Shown here piece by piece: positions 1-9,278 of a DNA stretch of 48,564 nucleotides. This stretch comes from Candidatus Cerribacteria bacterium 'Amazon FNV 2010 28 9' (GTDB lineage Bacteria; Patescibacteriota; Microgenomatia; UBA1400; UBA12028). The translations under genes and the position numbers were made by a program. Position 1 is the stretch's first letter, and every line of letters starts with the position of its first letter. The notes under the pieces were generated by a model. The model was given only the letters and a program-made list of their open reading frames with translations, had not been told where the DNA came from and made no database searches. The DNA is taken from positions 1 to 48,564 of the forward strand of contig PSRQ01000022.1 in assembly GCA_003176165.1 (NCBI GenBank), in the 5' to 3' direction.

Positions 1-1
1 G

Positions 2-472
2 GTACCAAACGCAACGATCATCACTCGTGATTCACCTTCGTGGGTGAATGTCGCAGATGACAAAAATGCCGGTGAAGCCGATTATTCCATGCATGTTACT
101 ATGGATTATGAATCCAATGATTCATATCGGATTCGAACCGTTGCGATCAGTGGCGAAGTTTGGCATTACTTGTCGTCATTGGCCTGTGATGCGTACACGA
201 CAATTACACTGAAAAATGCACAAGGAAACGTCATTTTTCAACAAAAGTCGTCTTATGTTTGGTCTGGACCTGATCTGGCAAGTGGAAGTGTGGATATTGA
301 CTTTGCTGTTGTCCCCAACGTGGTAGTCAGTGGGAAAACAACGGTGGAAGGTTTTGTTAATTGGTATTGTATTGATCGCAGTACTATTACCGATCTAAGC
401 CATCCAAATAATTCGATTCCAAACCTACCATATGTTGGGAATACATTCACAAATTCGTTTGACATTCAATAG
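2..472 (+). CDS. hypothetical protein, C-terminal fragment (ORF open to the left window edge)
   Basis: Frame 2 has no stop from nt 2 to TAG 470-472. The track ORF 44..472 starts at an internal GTG. A terminator hairpin follows. Confidence 0.45.
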   Translation, partial: VPNATIITRDSPSWVNVADDKNAGEADYSMHVTMDYESNDSYRIRTVAISGEVWHYLSSLACDAYTTITLKNAQGNVIFQQKSSYVWSGPDLASGSVDIDFAVVPNVVVSGKTTVEGFVNWYCIDRSTITDLSHPNNSIPNLPYVGNTFTNSFDIQ

Positions 473-496
473 CATACAATCGTCTTCACAATACGT

Positions 497-531
497 TCTT
501 CCCCTCCTAATAAAAGGAGGGGAAGAATTTT
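497..531 (+). terminator. intrinsic terminator
   Basis: TTCTTCCCCTCCT / AGGAGGGGAAGAA stem with a 6-nt loop, followed by TTTT. TGCTATAAT (extended -10) lies directly after it. Confidence 0.6.
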
Positions 532-553
532 GCTATAATCTAGACATATTCTT

Positions 554-982
554 ATGAATGCAATAACCTTTGCCAAAGCTATAAAAATATTTACCTCGTT
601 ATTTTTTTTATACAAAGCGGTAACATCTCTAATCGTTATCTTTAATGCCTCACGGATAATGTTAGTAGCAACTGAAAACTATTTCTCAATTGGGATTGTT
701 TATGTCATTATAATCCCATTTGTTGTTCTCTTTTTGCCCAACCTAATAACTTCAATACTCATTTGGAAAGAAAAACAAATAGGCTATATATTAGGCTTGA
801 CTATTAGCCTTCTTGCTGTATTCGTTTTCATCTTGGGGGTAGAAAGCATAGTTTCACATGGTATTGATACAACCTTCTTAAGCTTGGTAGGGACAAACTT
901 AATAGACATAATCGGAATAATCCTCTGCTTGTTTGGTTTCTTTCCAAAACTCAACAAAAATAGACCCAGTTTAAATCAATAA
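554..982 (+). CDS. small polytopic membrane protein
   Basis: 142-aa ORF with about 4 hydrophobic spans in an AT-rich stretch. Its WKEKQIGYILG motif resembles FKGKSWGYRLG in the next ORF. Confidence 0.55.
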   Translation: MNAITFAKAIKIFTSLFFLYKAVTSLIVIFNASRIMLVATENYFSIGIVYVIIIPFVVLFLPNLITSILIWKEKQIGYILGLTISLLAVFVFILGVESIVSHGIDTTFLSLVGTNLIDIIGIILCLFGFFPKLNKNRPSLNQ

Positions 983-1006
983 CTTGTTTTCAAAGAGAAT
1001 GTTTCT

Positions 1007-1420
1007 ATGCAACAATTCAAACGTTTTATCTCTAGTAAGGAAACGATCACTTTTTTGACCTATTTTTGTATTGTATATCTCCTGTTTTCTGCCTCCATAT
1101 TTTTGGAGGCTCTTTTCGGTGCTTTTTTAGGACTATCTACTCATTGTGGAATGCGGATCTACATCTTTGGTCTCACCGCTCTTATCTTTATTGGTATTTT
1201 TTTAGGCTTTCCTAGCTTACTTGCTGCGTATGGTGTTTTTAAAGGAAAATCTTGGGGATACAGACTTGGAATAATTATGATGGGAGTCAATGTCCTAAGT
1301 ACCATTGTGAGTGTGAGTAAAAATCCTCACAGTATTTTCAATGGATCATTCATCACCCATCTTTTGGAGATATTGACACTTGTTTCGCTCATTTATTTGA
1401 AAAAGATAAAAGCTAAGTAG
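1007..1420 (+). CDS. small polytopic membrane protein (tandem paralogue of 554..982)
   Basis: 137-aa ORF with about 4 hydrophobic spans and the motif shared with the preceding ORF. Confidence 0.55.
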   Translation: MQQFKRFISSKETITFLTYFCIVYLLFSASIFLEALFGAFLGLSTHCGMRIYIFGLTALIFIGIFLGFPSLLAAYGVFKGKSWGYRLGIIMMGVNVLSTIVSVSKNPHSIFNGSFITHLLEILTLVSLIYLKKIKAK

Positions 1421-1456
1421 GGAAAGATAAGCCCTCTTGTACCTCTTCTTGTAATT

Positions 1457-2089
1457 TTGTACACTTTTGGTGTGAAGAGGTTCCAAATTTTTGCTATTCT
1501 TTTTTTGCTGTTCTTTATCCTTATCGTCGCAGGAGCGGTCTTCTATCTGCGCACCCGTCCGCTTCCCGCATCACTTTCGACACTTCCTTTTATCGGAACG
1601 CCAGCACAAATGACCATCAATGGAGTGGGTATAAACGTGCGTTCTGATCAAAGCGCAGGGAAAGTACAACTTGCTTCCCAAAAGAAAATGACGGAGTTCC
1701 TCAACCTCATGAAGCCATCCTTTGATAAAAATCAGATTAAAACATTAACAGTTCACATCGTAAATACAGAACCATCTGGGGCGAGTGAATATGCATGGAA
1801 CACTAATAGTGGTGGAACTACTGTATACGGCGCATACGCAACTTCTATCAATAATGGGGAGCTAGTCGTTTCGTTGTTTGTAAATAAAGATGTGCTCCAC
1901 ACCGCCAAATGGAGTGATGACTCAATTGTTCGCTTATATGAATTTGAACTGTATGATGCCGTTGCATCCCTACAGAATTTTCCCGTACTGAAGAGTCAGT
2001 ATGCAAGTTCGAGCGCAATACCAGCGCAAGATATGAGCAAGTCATTGGATAGTATTGTCCCAGGGGCCATGTTCACACTAGATAAGTGA
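1457..2089 (+). CDS. membrane-anchored or secreted hypothetical protein
   Basis: 210-aa ORF with a TTG start (alternative GTG at 1472) and one N-terminal hydrophobic helix. Its stop lies 3 nt before the next ATG. Confidence 0.5.
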   Translation: MYTFGVKRFQIFAILFLLFFILIVAGAVFYLRTRPLPASLSTLPFIGTPAQMTINGVGINVRSDQSAGKVQLASQKKMTEFLNLMKPSFDKNQIKTLTVHIVNTEPSGASEYAWNTNSGGTTVYGAYATSINNGELVVSLFVNKDVLHTAKWSDDSIVRLYEFELYDAVASLQNFPVLKSQYASSSAIPAQDMSKSLDSIVPGAMFTLDK

Positions 2090-2092
2090 TGT

Positions 2093-4756
2093 ATGAAAAA
2101 ACAAAAGCAGAGTATTTCATTATTTTTTGTACGAGCATTTCTGGGTGTGTGTTTTATTGTGATTTTTCTTATTTCTACGAGGAATGTTTTCGCGCAATCG
2201 TGTAGTAATTTACGATGCTGTACTGCCTATGTAACTGTGTATGATCCCTTTGGATGTGATAGTAGTGGTTGTCCTCCCAAAACTCTTCCCAACGGAGATC
2301 CAAATCCAGATTATAATCCATCCTGCTATAACTGCACAAGCAATCATCAAGCTTGTGGACTTTATCAAAACTTTACATGCAATCCTCCATCTGGCCAGTG
2401 CGACCCATTCATTCCTCAGGCGTGCCAAGGAGAAGTGAGTGGATGTAGTCAACTTGGACCTCCCCCAAGCAGTGGACCTACTCCTACCCCTGGAGGTGGC
2501 GGAGGTGGTGGGGTCACCTGTGGAGGTGGCAGTAACCCTGCGTGTTATTCCGTAGGCAACTGTGGAGTCGTGGGAAAAACACCAGGATCGGGAAGTTGTA
2601 GTGCGGGACAGATTTGCTGTATCGATAAATCGGGAGGAGGTGCGACGTCTACCAATCAAGGTGTGTTCGTGTATTGCCAGGATGGCAGTGGTCCGCAATA
2701 TCCACTCCCCGGAATCCGTGTGCTTTCTGTTGGAACGCATAGCAACAATGACTGTAGTGGAAATTGTCGTCAATCATATCCGGATGTGACCACTGACTCT
2801 AATGGACGGGCTATGTTTGGATTGCTTTCCACGTTCCCCGCAGAGTATTTTGAGTTTGCTCTCGATGTGCCAGGATGGGAGTCGGGGGGAAGTTGGATTT
2901 TGCATACCAATCCACTGACTCAGTATGCAGGAACAAAGATCGCGGCGACGGGGCAAGATTATGCAAACCTGACGTTGGGTGATACGCACAACTCCGTACT
3001 CGAAAACTGTGCAAATGGTGGAGGTGTGTGGGGATGTCCGATCATTGGGGGTACTTCATCACAGTGTGGAGGATGGTACTGTAGTGCTGGAGGAGGAAGC
3101 TGGGGAACGTCCACTCCAATTTTGTACCAAGTACAGGAAAATAACAATTCAGATAATGGTGGAGGTGGGTATCAAGCTCATTTCCACTTTAGTAACTGTA
3201 GTTGTTCAGCACCCTTGGCTCCCAATCCGACCAACCCGCTCGATGGAGGGACACTTACCTTGAATGGCAGTAATCAAGTGACCGTCTCCTGGACCGCTCT
3301 CTCTGGAATCACCCAATATGACCTTGAGCTCTACCCGACTGGAACAGATTGCAACAATTCAAACTCGCACTGTACGTATGTGGGTGGAGTAGGAGGAGGG
3401 ATTACCGGCACTTCGTATACCTTTACTCCTGCAGCGGGGGTGAGCTCGTATTACTTCCATGTTCGAGGGGTCAATACGAGCTGTACAGGAAACCTTACCG
3501 GTGCATGGTCCAGTGATGCAAACTTTACTATTTCGGGAACATTGTCTGGAACGGTATACAATGATCCATCTGGAGTAGGGCAACTATCTGGCACATTGTG
3601 CCAAAATCTTTCTGGACAAACACTCTCTCCAATTGGAAGTGGAACGGTGAATGTACAACCAAATACAGGAGTGGGAAGCTCGCAAGGATTTGTACAATCC
3701 AATGGGACATGGAGCGCTACAGCTCAATTTGGACCACTCAATACTGTGTCCATCTCACCTAGCGATCCCTCATATTTTTGTACTTGTCCACTGGGGTGTG
3801 GATATGGAGGAATAACACCAAACAAAACAGGTGTTGATTTCTATCTGAGTAAAATTGGCACGGCATGGTATCAAGTCAAAGGAGGAGATGCGATCGCTGG
3901 CATTGTGAGTTCAAGTCGATTTACGGACCCGATCACCTCCCAGTGTACGACTCCAAGTTGTTCTCCATACGTGATCTTGCCATTTGACAATAGTGGTGTC
4001 AGTGAAGGATCGCTGACTGTGGGCCCTGGTACGACCATTGATGATTCTGATCAATCAGGTAATCAATCGACCAATATTGGAGCTCCAGGATCAAACTACG
4101 TTGCGACGATGAATAGCTCGCTTGCATGTAAAGAAAATTACGAGTACTTTTATCGCCTCTACAGTATGGGGACGAGTCCGCAGGATGATTTCACTGCGCC
4201 CGCAAATCCACCGACCAATGCCGCGTTGCCGTCGGTTGCGCCGCTCAATAAAAACGTGGATGGATCAAGTAAAAATTCCTACTATCACAATGGCGACCTC
4301 ACGATTGGACAAAACTGGACGGTGCCTGCAGCAGGATCGTACGTTATTTTCGTCAACGGCAATTTAAATATCACCAATAATGCACAGATTACTGTGCCGC
4401 AGGGAGCGTTCTTGTCATTTTTCGTCAGCGGTAATATCACGATTGATCCGACTGTTGGAAGTATAATTCCAAGTTCCACTACCGGTGTGGTACAAGGGAT
4501 CTATATTGCCGATGGATCGCTCACCGTCCAATCTGCAGGCTCTGGAAATACTGAGAAGAAATTTATTGGCGAAGGGACATTTGCAGCCTGCCAGGGGGTG
4601 TCACTGCCTCGTGATTATCGCAATGGAGGTGATCAAGCGGGACTCAATAACAATACGTATCCAACCTCACTCTTTGTATTCCGTCCTGACTTTATGATGA
4701 ATACCCCAGCGACGATGAAGGTAGCCCCATTCAATTGGAAGCAGGTGGCACCATAA
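2093..4756 (+). CDS. large secreted Cys-rich surface protein (FN3-like and beta-helix-like segments)
   Basis: 887-aa ORF. It has an N-terminal signal/anchor ending VFAQS, dense Cys modules, poly-Gly and Pro/Thr linkers, and a VTVSWTALSGITQYDLELYP FN3-like stretch. C-terminal NGNLNITNN / SGNITIDP repeats look beta-helix-like. Confidence 0.7.
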   Translation: MKKQKQSISLFFVRAFLGVCFIVIFLISTRNVFAQSCSNLRCCTAYVTVYDPFGCDSSGCPPKTLPNGDPNPDYNPSCYNCTSNHQACGLYQNFTCNPPSGQCDPFIPQACQGEVSGCSQLGPPPSSGPTPTPGGGGGGGVTCGGGSNPACYSVGNCGVVGKTPGSGSCSAGQICCIDKSGGGATSTNQGVFVYCQDGSGPQYPLPGIRVLSVGTHSNNDCSGNCRQSYPDVTTDSNGRAMFGLLSTFPAEYFEFALDVPGWESGGSWILHTNPLTQYAGTKIAATGQDYANLTLGDTHNSVLENCANGGGVWGCPIIGGTSSQCGGWYCSAGGGSWGTSTPILYQVQENNNSDNGGGGYQAHFHFSNCSCSAPLAPNPTNPLDGGTLTLNGSNQVTVSWTALSGITQYDLELYPTGTDCNNSNSHCTYVGGVGGGITGTSYTFTPAAGVSSYYFHVRGVNTSCTGNLTGAWSSDANFTISGTLSGTVYNDPSGVGQLSGTLCQNLSGQTLSPIGSGTVNVQPNTGVGSSQGFVQSNGTWSATAQFGPLNTVSISPSDPSYFCTCPLGCGYGGITPNKTGVDFYLSKIGTAWYQVKGGDAIAGIVSSSRFTDPITSQCTTPSCSPYVILPFDNSGVSEGSLTVGPGTTIDDSDQSGNQSTNIGAPGSNYVATMNSSLACKENYEYFYRLYSMGTSPQDDFTAPANPPTNAALPSVAPLNKNVDGSSKNSYYHNGDLTIGQNWTVPAAGSYVIFVNGNLNITNNAQITVPQGAFLSFFVSGNITIDPTVGSIIPSSTTGVVQGIYIADGSLTVQSAGSGNTEKKFIGEGTFAACQGVSLPRDYRNGGDQAGLNNNTYPTSLFVFRPDFMMNTPATMKVAPFNWKQVAP

Positions 4757-4792
4757 AACATACTTCGCACAACAATTTTTTTAAATTTTTCC

Positions 4793-4820
4793 AAAAAAAC
4801 CCTCGGGTTGCCCCGAGGGT
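4793..4820 (-). terminator. intrinsic terminator (T-run on minus strand, possibly bidirectional)
   Basis: CCCTCGGG ttg CCCCGAGGG hairpin with an A7 run on the plus side, which is a T-run for the minus gene ending at 4826. Confidence 0.6.
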
Positions 4821-4825
4821 AGAGT

Positions 4826-6103
4826 TTATGGAGTGAGAGAAAAGGTGCTGCTTTGTATGGTTGTGTCCCGTATCGTTAGCAAACATCCTCCCATGAGGAG
4901 GAGGAGAGCCAGAGGGATGATCGGGATCGCGTTGGTAATTCCAGTTGGTAAAAAATAGGCAACACCACTCGTAAACGCAAACGCTGGTAAAGTGATCCAA
5001 CGGATCGTTGTATTTCCCATGGTTTGCACCACCGCCAGGATCAGACCACACAGTGATGCCTCCAACAGTTCCGTCAGTGATCCCTGAATGGCGATATACA
5101 CGAGGAACACTCCTAGCAGGAGGAGCAGATGTGTGTCGATGTGTTTCTGACGCCGCACCCACCCGATTCCACAGACTGCTGTGAGTGCAAGCAACCCCTT
5201 TTGAAAGGTAGCCATGCTGCTCGCGAAGGGTGTAAATCCCAAGAATCGGTAACTATATGCTTCAAATGAAGCATTCGTTCCCTTGGGGACGATCCACCAG
5301 GGATAATTGATGTGGGCACTCAAGAGAAACTGTACATAGGAGGCACACAATGTCCCGAGCTGGGGTCCAGCAAAGAACACGATAGGGAGTGACGCCACCC
5401 CCAGAGCAATGCTACTGCCGCGTACGAACGCGCCTCGTTTGGAGGTGAGCAGGAGGATTGCTAGCCATACAAATATAAATTGAGGCTTGATACAAGCACT
5501 CACTATGCCTGCAGCTCCGGCCAACTGGTACTTGCCTTTTGATGTGGCAAACACCTGAAGAACCATGAGGAAAATCAATGGGCAAGCCATGTTTCCCGTA
5601 TGGATATTCATAAGATAATTGGTTGAAACGAATGCCAGACCAAAAAAAATCCGTGCATTCCATGTCCGTCGCTTTTCCTCTGGAATCATAGACCAGATCA
5701 TGATCCAGGAGGCGAGATAGCACATTGCGCTCACTATCCCTAGACCAAGCTGTATTTCCTTGTCAGAAAAGAAGCGAACCAAGACCGTCATCCATCCCAA
5801 AAATTGAGGCGGATATTGGAAAATGAGTTGATCCGGCCACGGACTCATAAAGTACTGAAACGTCCCAGTCGATAATTGGTGTGCTGCTGTCAGATACACC
5901 CGTAAATCGACATCTGGGTCAAACAGACTATTCATCTGGAAGGAGGGCGGTTTGGTGAATTTCAAATACATGACCATACACCAAAAAATTCCTCCTACGA
6001 AACCCAAGAGGAGGAGAGGAGACCAGAATTTGAATATCCCCCAGAAAGAGGAGGGCGTGTGCTCGTTTGGCTTGCCTTTGAGAGGCAGCGAAATGGTTGA
6101 CAT
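4826..6103 (-). CDS. polytopic membrane protein, GT-C / DUF2029-like glycosyltransferase (tentative)
   Basis: 425-aa ORF with more than 10 hydrophobic spans. The architecture resembles GT87/DUF2029 mannosyltransferase-like proteins, recalled from memory and not searched. Confidence 0.45.
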   Translation of the reverse strand: MSTISLPLKGKPNEHTPSSFWGIFKFWSPLLLLGFVGGIFWCMVMYLKFTKPPSFQMNSLFDPDVDLRVYLTAAHQLSTGTFQYFMSPWPDQLIFQYPPQFLGWMTVLVRFFSDKEIQLGLGIVSAMCYLASWIMIWSMIPEEKRRTWNARIFFGLAFVSTNYLMNIHTGNMACPLIFLMVLQVFATSKGKYQLAGAAGIVSACIKPQFIFVWLAILLLTSKRGAFVRGSSIALGVASLPIVFFAGPQLGTLCASYVQFLLSAHINYPWWIVPKGTNASFEAYSYRFLGFTPFASSMATFQKGLLALTAVCGIGWVRRQKHIDTHLLLLLGVFLVYIAIQGSLTELLEASLCGLILAVVQTMGNTTIRWITLPAFAFTSGVAYFLPTGITNAIPIIPLALLLLMGGCLLTIRDTTIQSSTFSLTP

Positions 6104-6271
6104 GTGCGATTTCCTTTTACTTGTTTATGAAAAAAGACGGATGAAAAGCACCTTTTTCTTCACTTTTTACAGATCATCTCTGCTGAACAGAGAATCTATC
6201 CAGAGAGAAAAAGGCGTTCTTTTACGTTTCCGCCTCGAGTAATTATACCTTATTCCAGAGGTAATATTTAC

Positions 6272-6300
6272 TTGATTCTTTCAAAACGTTCATATATAAT
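6272..6300 (+). promoter_or_regulatory. sigma70-like promoter
   Basis: TTGATT (6272-6277), a 17-nt spacer, then TATAAT (6295-6300). Confidence 0.55.
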
Positions 6301-6304
6301 ATAT

Positions 6305-6423
6305 AAAAGTGGTTTGAAGCACCAGAAGTGCACCCACTTTTGATCCAAGTAACAACACCCGCCTCCTCGGCGGGGGAAACCAAGATATCAAAAGGAGGGT
6401 GATTTTTTTTACCCTCAAACCAT
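6305..6423 (+). promoter_or_regulatory. structured 5' leader with SD-sequestering hairpin
   Basis: Nested hairpin AAAAGTGG..GCAC cagaa GTGC..CCACTTTT (6305-6341), then CCCGCC tcctc GGCGGG. GGAGGGT (6394-6400) pairs with ACCCTC (6411-16) just before ATG 6424. Confidence 0.4.
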
Positions 6424-7170
6424 ATGGCAAAACAAAAAGAAGAACTTCACCTTCTTGCCACAAGTAAAGAATCAGCAGTCTCTATTTATCAAGAGATTCA
6501 CGGAATTCCTGCCGTGAACGCATCTCCCGAAAAATTATCAGGTCTCACCGAGCCTCGTAGCAACCATCCATTGCGGCCAGCTATGTGGAAAGACCATCAA
6601 GTTGTTCATAACTATGGCGCAAAAGATGGGCAACGCTTGGTTGTGACGGCTTCAGATGTGGTTTTTAAATTGAACGGCAAGAACAACCATAAGCCTGGTC
6701 GTGAAGATAATGCCATTCTTACCCCAGAAGGAAATATGCATGAGGGATATATCGCGGAAGCTCAAGAATGGTATAAAGATCCATTCATTGCATTGTGGTC
6801 CGTGGCTTTTGTGTTTCACAATGTGAATAAATTAAATCGCGTTGCTGTTGTTTCGATCGAGGCGAACTTTCCACAAGGTATACCTCAGGATATTGTCCGT
6901 AAGCAATATAATTCTGCCATGAATACGCGTTTACCCCTGATAGAACTTGCTCCTGAGTACGGGGCGACGGTTTCTATTTCTAATGATGGAAAGACTGAAC
7001 AAGTTCCTTTGGATCCTCTGATAGCCGTGCAACTTATTCGTGATCGGGTGTTGACCAAAGAATGGCAGGATCAGATGCAGACTATTACCCCGTCTCGTGT
7101 GGTAAGAGACGAGTGGGGAACACGTCGGGGATTAGTTACATTAGGGCTTACGCGTACCCCAAGAGAATAA
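6424..7170 (+). CDS. hypothetical protein
   Basis: 248-aa ORF with ordinary globular composition. I recognise no motif. Confidence 0.6.
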   Translation: MAKQKEELHLLATSKESAVSIYQEIHGIPAVNASPEKLSGLTEPRSNHPLRPAMWKDHQVVHNYGAKDGQRLVVTASDVVFKLNGKNNHKPGREDNAILTPEGNMHEGYIAEAQEWYKDPFIALWSVAFVFHNVNKLNRVAVVSIEANFPQGIPQDIVRKQYNSAMNTRLPLIELAPEYGATVSISNDGKTEQVPLDPLIAVQLIRDRVLTKEWQDQMQTITPSRVVRDEWGTRRGLVTLGLTRTPRE

Positions 7171-7174
7171 TCGG

Positions 7175-7432
7175 GTGTATACTATAGGTATGGAAAAACC
7201 AAAAGTTATCACATTACCAGATGGAAGAAAAGCCGTGGATGTGTCTCAAGATTATTATCTGACCACAATCAAAGGCAGAACGGGCCTTTTTCCCAAGAAT
7301 GATTTATCTGGTGAAAACACACCACTCTCAGTTCCAGAGGCGATGGCGGCTTCGGTGTTACCTGGACTTTTGGGAATGGCAATGAAAATGAGAGATGAAA
7401 CAGCAACAGCTCTCATCGTTGAAATTCTATAA
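7175..7432 (+). CDS. hypothetical small protein
   Basis: 85-aa ORF with a GTG start (alternative ATG at 7193), 4 nt after the previous stop. A terminator follows. Confidence 0.45.
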   Translation: MYTIGMEKPKVITLPDGRKAVDVSQDYYLTTIKGRTGLFPKNDLSGENTPLSVPEAMAASVLPGLLGMAMKMRDETATALIVEIL

Positions 7433-7528
7433 CTTCCTATGATCAAATCTCTTTTCTCCTACACTATTTGCTTTTCAACTGCTTCTGTTCTTCTCTCATA
7501 AGAGAATGAGGAGTTTTGATTGTTTTTT

Positions 7529-7552
7529 AGCCTCCTCCGTGGAGGTTTTTTT
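7529..7552 (+). terminator. intrinsic terminator
   Basis: AGCCTCC tccgt GGAGGT hairpin followed by a T-run. Confidence 0.55.
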
Positions 7553-7572
7553 ATAGAAATGGATGATACACT

Positions 7573-8892
7573 ATGAACATGACTGATGAGATTTTTTCGC
7601 TTATCGATGCAGAAGCGGCGCGACAACTTGATACGCTCATGTTAATTCCTTCGGAAAATTATGCGAGCCGTGCTGTGCGCGAAGCCGCCGGGTCGATTCT
7701 GTGTAACAAATACTCGGAAGGGTATCCAGGACGACGATATTATGAAGGCAATGAGATCATTGACCAGATAGAAACAGAAACGACTGAACGTGCCAAAAAA
7801 ATATTTGGTGTTCCGTATGCAAATGTCCAACCGTACTCGGGAAGTCCAGCCAATAGCGAAATTTTATTTGCACTTGCTGTTCCAGGGAGCACGATCATGG
7901 GGTTGAAGCTCGCAAGTGGAGGCCATCTAACGCACGGACATCCAAATGTCACATTTTCAGGGAAATATTATCGCTCTGTGCAGTTTGGGTTAACAGTTGA
8001 TGGGCAGATTGATTATGAGGAGATGCGCGAAAAAGCGCTGCTTGAGAAGCCGAGTGTCATTATTCTCGGAACTACCGCACACCCATTTATGCTCGATTGG
8101 CAAAAAGCACGCGAAATTGCGGATGAAGTGGGTGCGTACTTAGTTGCCGACATTTCTCATATCGCGGGACTTATCATCGCAGGAGTTCACCCATCTCCAG
8201 TTTCATATGCACACGTGATCATGACGACGACGCACAAGACACTGCGCGGTCCGCGCGGTGCGATGATTTTGGTGACAGATGCGGGGTTGAAAAAGGATAG
8301 CGAGTTACCAAAAAAGATTGATATGGCAGTGATCCCGGGGATGCAGGGTGGACCACACAATCATACGACGGCTGCGATTGGTATCGCATTGGGTGAAGCA
8401 GCAACTGCAGAGTTCACCGCATATGGGAAACAAATTGTTGCGAATGCGAGAGCACTTGCGAACGCGTTGAAAAAGAAGGGTATTCAGCTCGTTGGAGGTG
8501 GGACGCAAAATCATTTGATAGTCATGGATTTTGCCTCCACAGGTGAAGGGCAAGGTGTACTCGTTGCCAAAGCTATGAATGCCGCAGGACTTGTCGCTAA
8601 CTTCAATACCGTGCCTTCTGATACAAGTCCTTTTTACCCATCTGGCGTGCGCATTGGGACACCTGCGGTGACAACGCGAGGGATGAAAGAAACAGAAATG
8701 GAGCAGATTGCGGATTGGATTGCACAAGTTGTGAATCATGTGAAACATATCCATGTGCCAACTGAGAAAAAAGAACGCGCGGCGTTTGTTCAACAGTTTG
8801 CATGGGATGTAAAAATGGATGCGTTTTTGTTAAACATTGCGAAAGAAGTACGCGCGCTTTGTGCACAATTTCCAGTAGAAAGGGAAGTATGA
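7573..8892 (+). CDS. glyA: serine hydroxymethyltransferase
   Basis: SENYASRAV, YSEGYPGRRYYEG and TTTHKTLRGPRG (PLP-lysine) motifs over the full length. Confidence 0.95.
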   Translation: MNMTDEIFSLIDAEAARQLDTLMLIPSENYASRAVREAAGSILCNKYSEGYPGRRYYEGNEIIDQIETETTERAKKIFGVPYANVQPYSGSPANSEILFALAVPGSTIMGLKLASGGHLTHGHPNVTFSGKYYRSVQFGLTVDGQIDYEEMREKALLEKPSVIILGTTAHPFMLDWQKAREIADEVGAYLVADISHIAGLIIAGVHPSPVSYAHVIMTTTHKTLRGPRGAMILVTDAGLKKDSELPKKIDMAVIPGMQGGPHNHTTAAIGIALGEAATAEFTAYGKQIVANARALANALKKKGIQLVGGGTQNHLIVMDFASTGEGQGVLVAKAMNAAGLVANFNTVPSDTSPFYPSGVRIGTPAVTTRGMKETEMEQIADWIAQVVNHVKHIHVPTEKKERAAFVQQFAWDVKMDAFLLNIAKEVRALCAQFPVEREV

Positions 8893-9260
8893 CTGAACAG
8901 ATAGAACTCCATTCTGATGAGGAGATGACTCCGGAAGAAGTAGAGGCAGCTGTGGATGCGTTAGAGCAAGAAGAGTTTGATGCATTAGCACGAGAAGGCG
9001 CTGCATTCATCATGCACTTTTTTCATGATTTTTCTGCCTCTGAACAGGAATACATGACTATTAGAGACAGTGCGAGTATTGGAGAAACAATGGAAGGAGT
9101 TCCTCATCTTGAAGATCCTTCGAGGTCTATTGAGGCTGATTACACGCGGCTGCACCGTGAGAATGTTCTTTCTCCTGACAAACGTATCAAGAGGCAAACG
9201 CATTATCAGAGAGTACGGATGAACATTGCGTATTGGGTCTATGGTATGAAAGAGGAATAA
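8889..9260 (+). CDS. acidic hypothetical protein
   Basis: ATG 8889 overlaps the glyA TGA (ATGA coupling). The track ORF 8802 start is an upstream extension inside glyA. Confidence 0.5.
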   Translation: MTEQIELHSDEEMTPEEVEAAVDALEQEEFDALAREGAAFIMHFFHDFSASEQEYMTIRDSASIGETMEGVPHLEDPSRSIEADYTRLHRENVLSPDKRIKRQTHYQRVRMNIAYWVYGMKEE

Positions 9261-9278
9261 TATACAACAAGGAGCTTT

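Noticed and set aside
129-139. GGATTCGAACC, the reverse complement of a canonical tRNA T-arm.
   Set aside because: It lies inside an open reading frame. I could not build acceptor or anticodon stems around it, so I treat it as a chance match.
2210-4479. Many 60-190 aa ORFs in other frames and strands within 2093..4756.
   Set aside because: They are shadow ORFs of the 887-aa gene and none has an independent start context or motif.
5952-6242. 96-aa plus-strand ORF.
   Set aside because: It mostly overlaps the start of the minus-strand membrane gene and its upstream region, and has no RBS.
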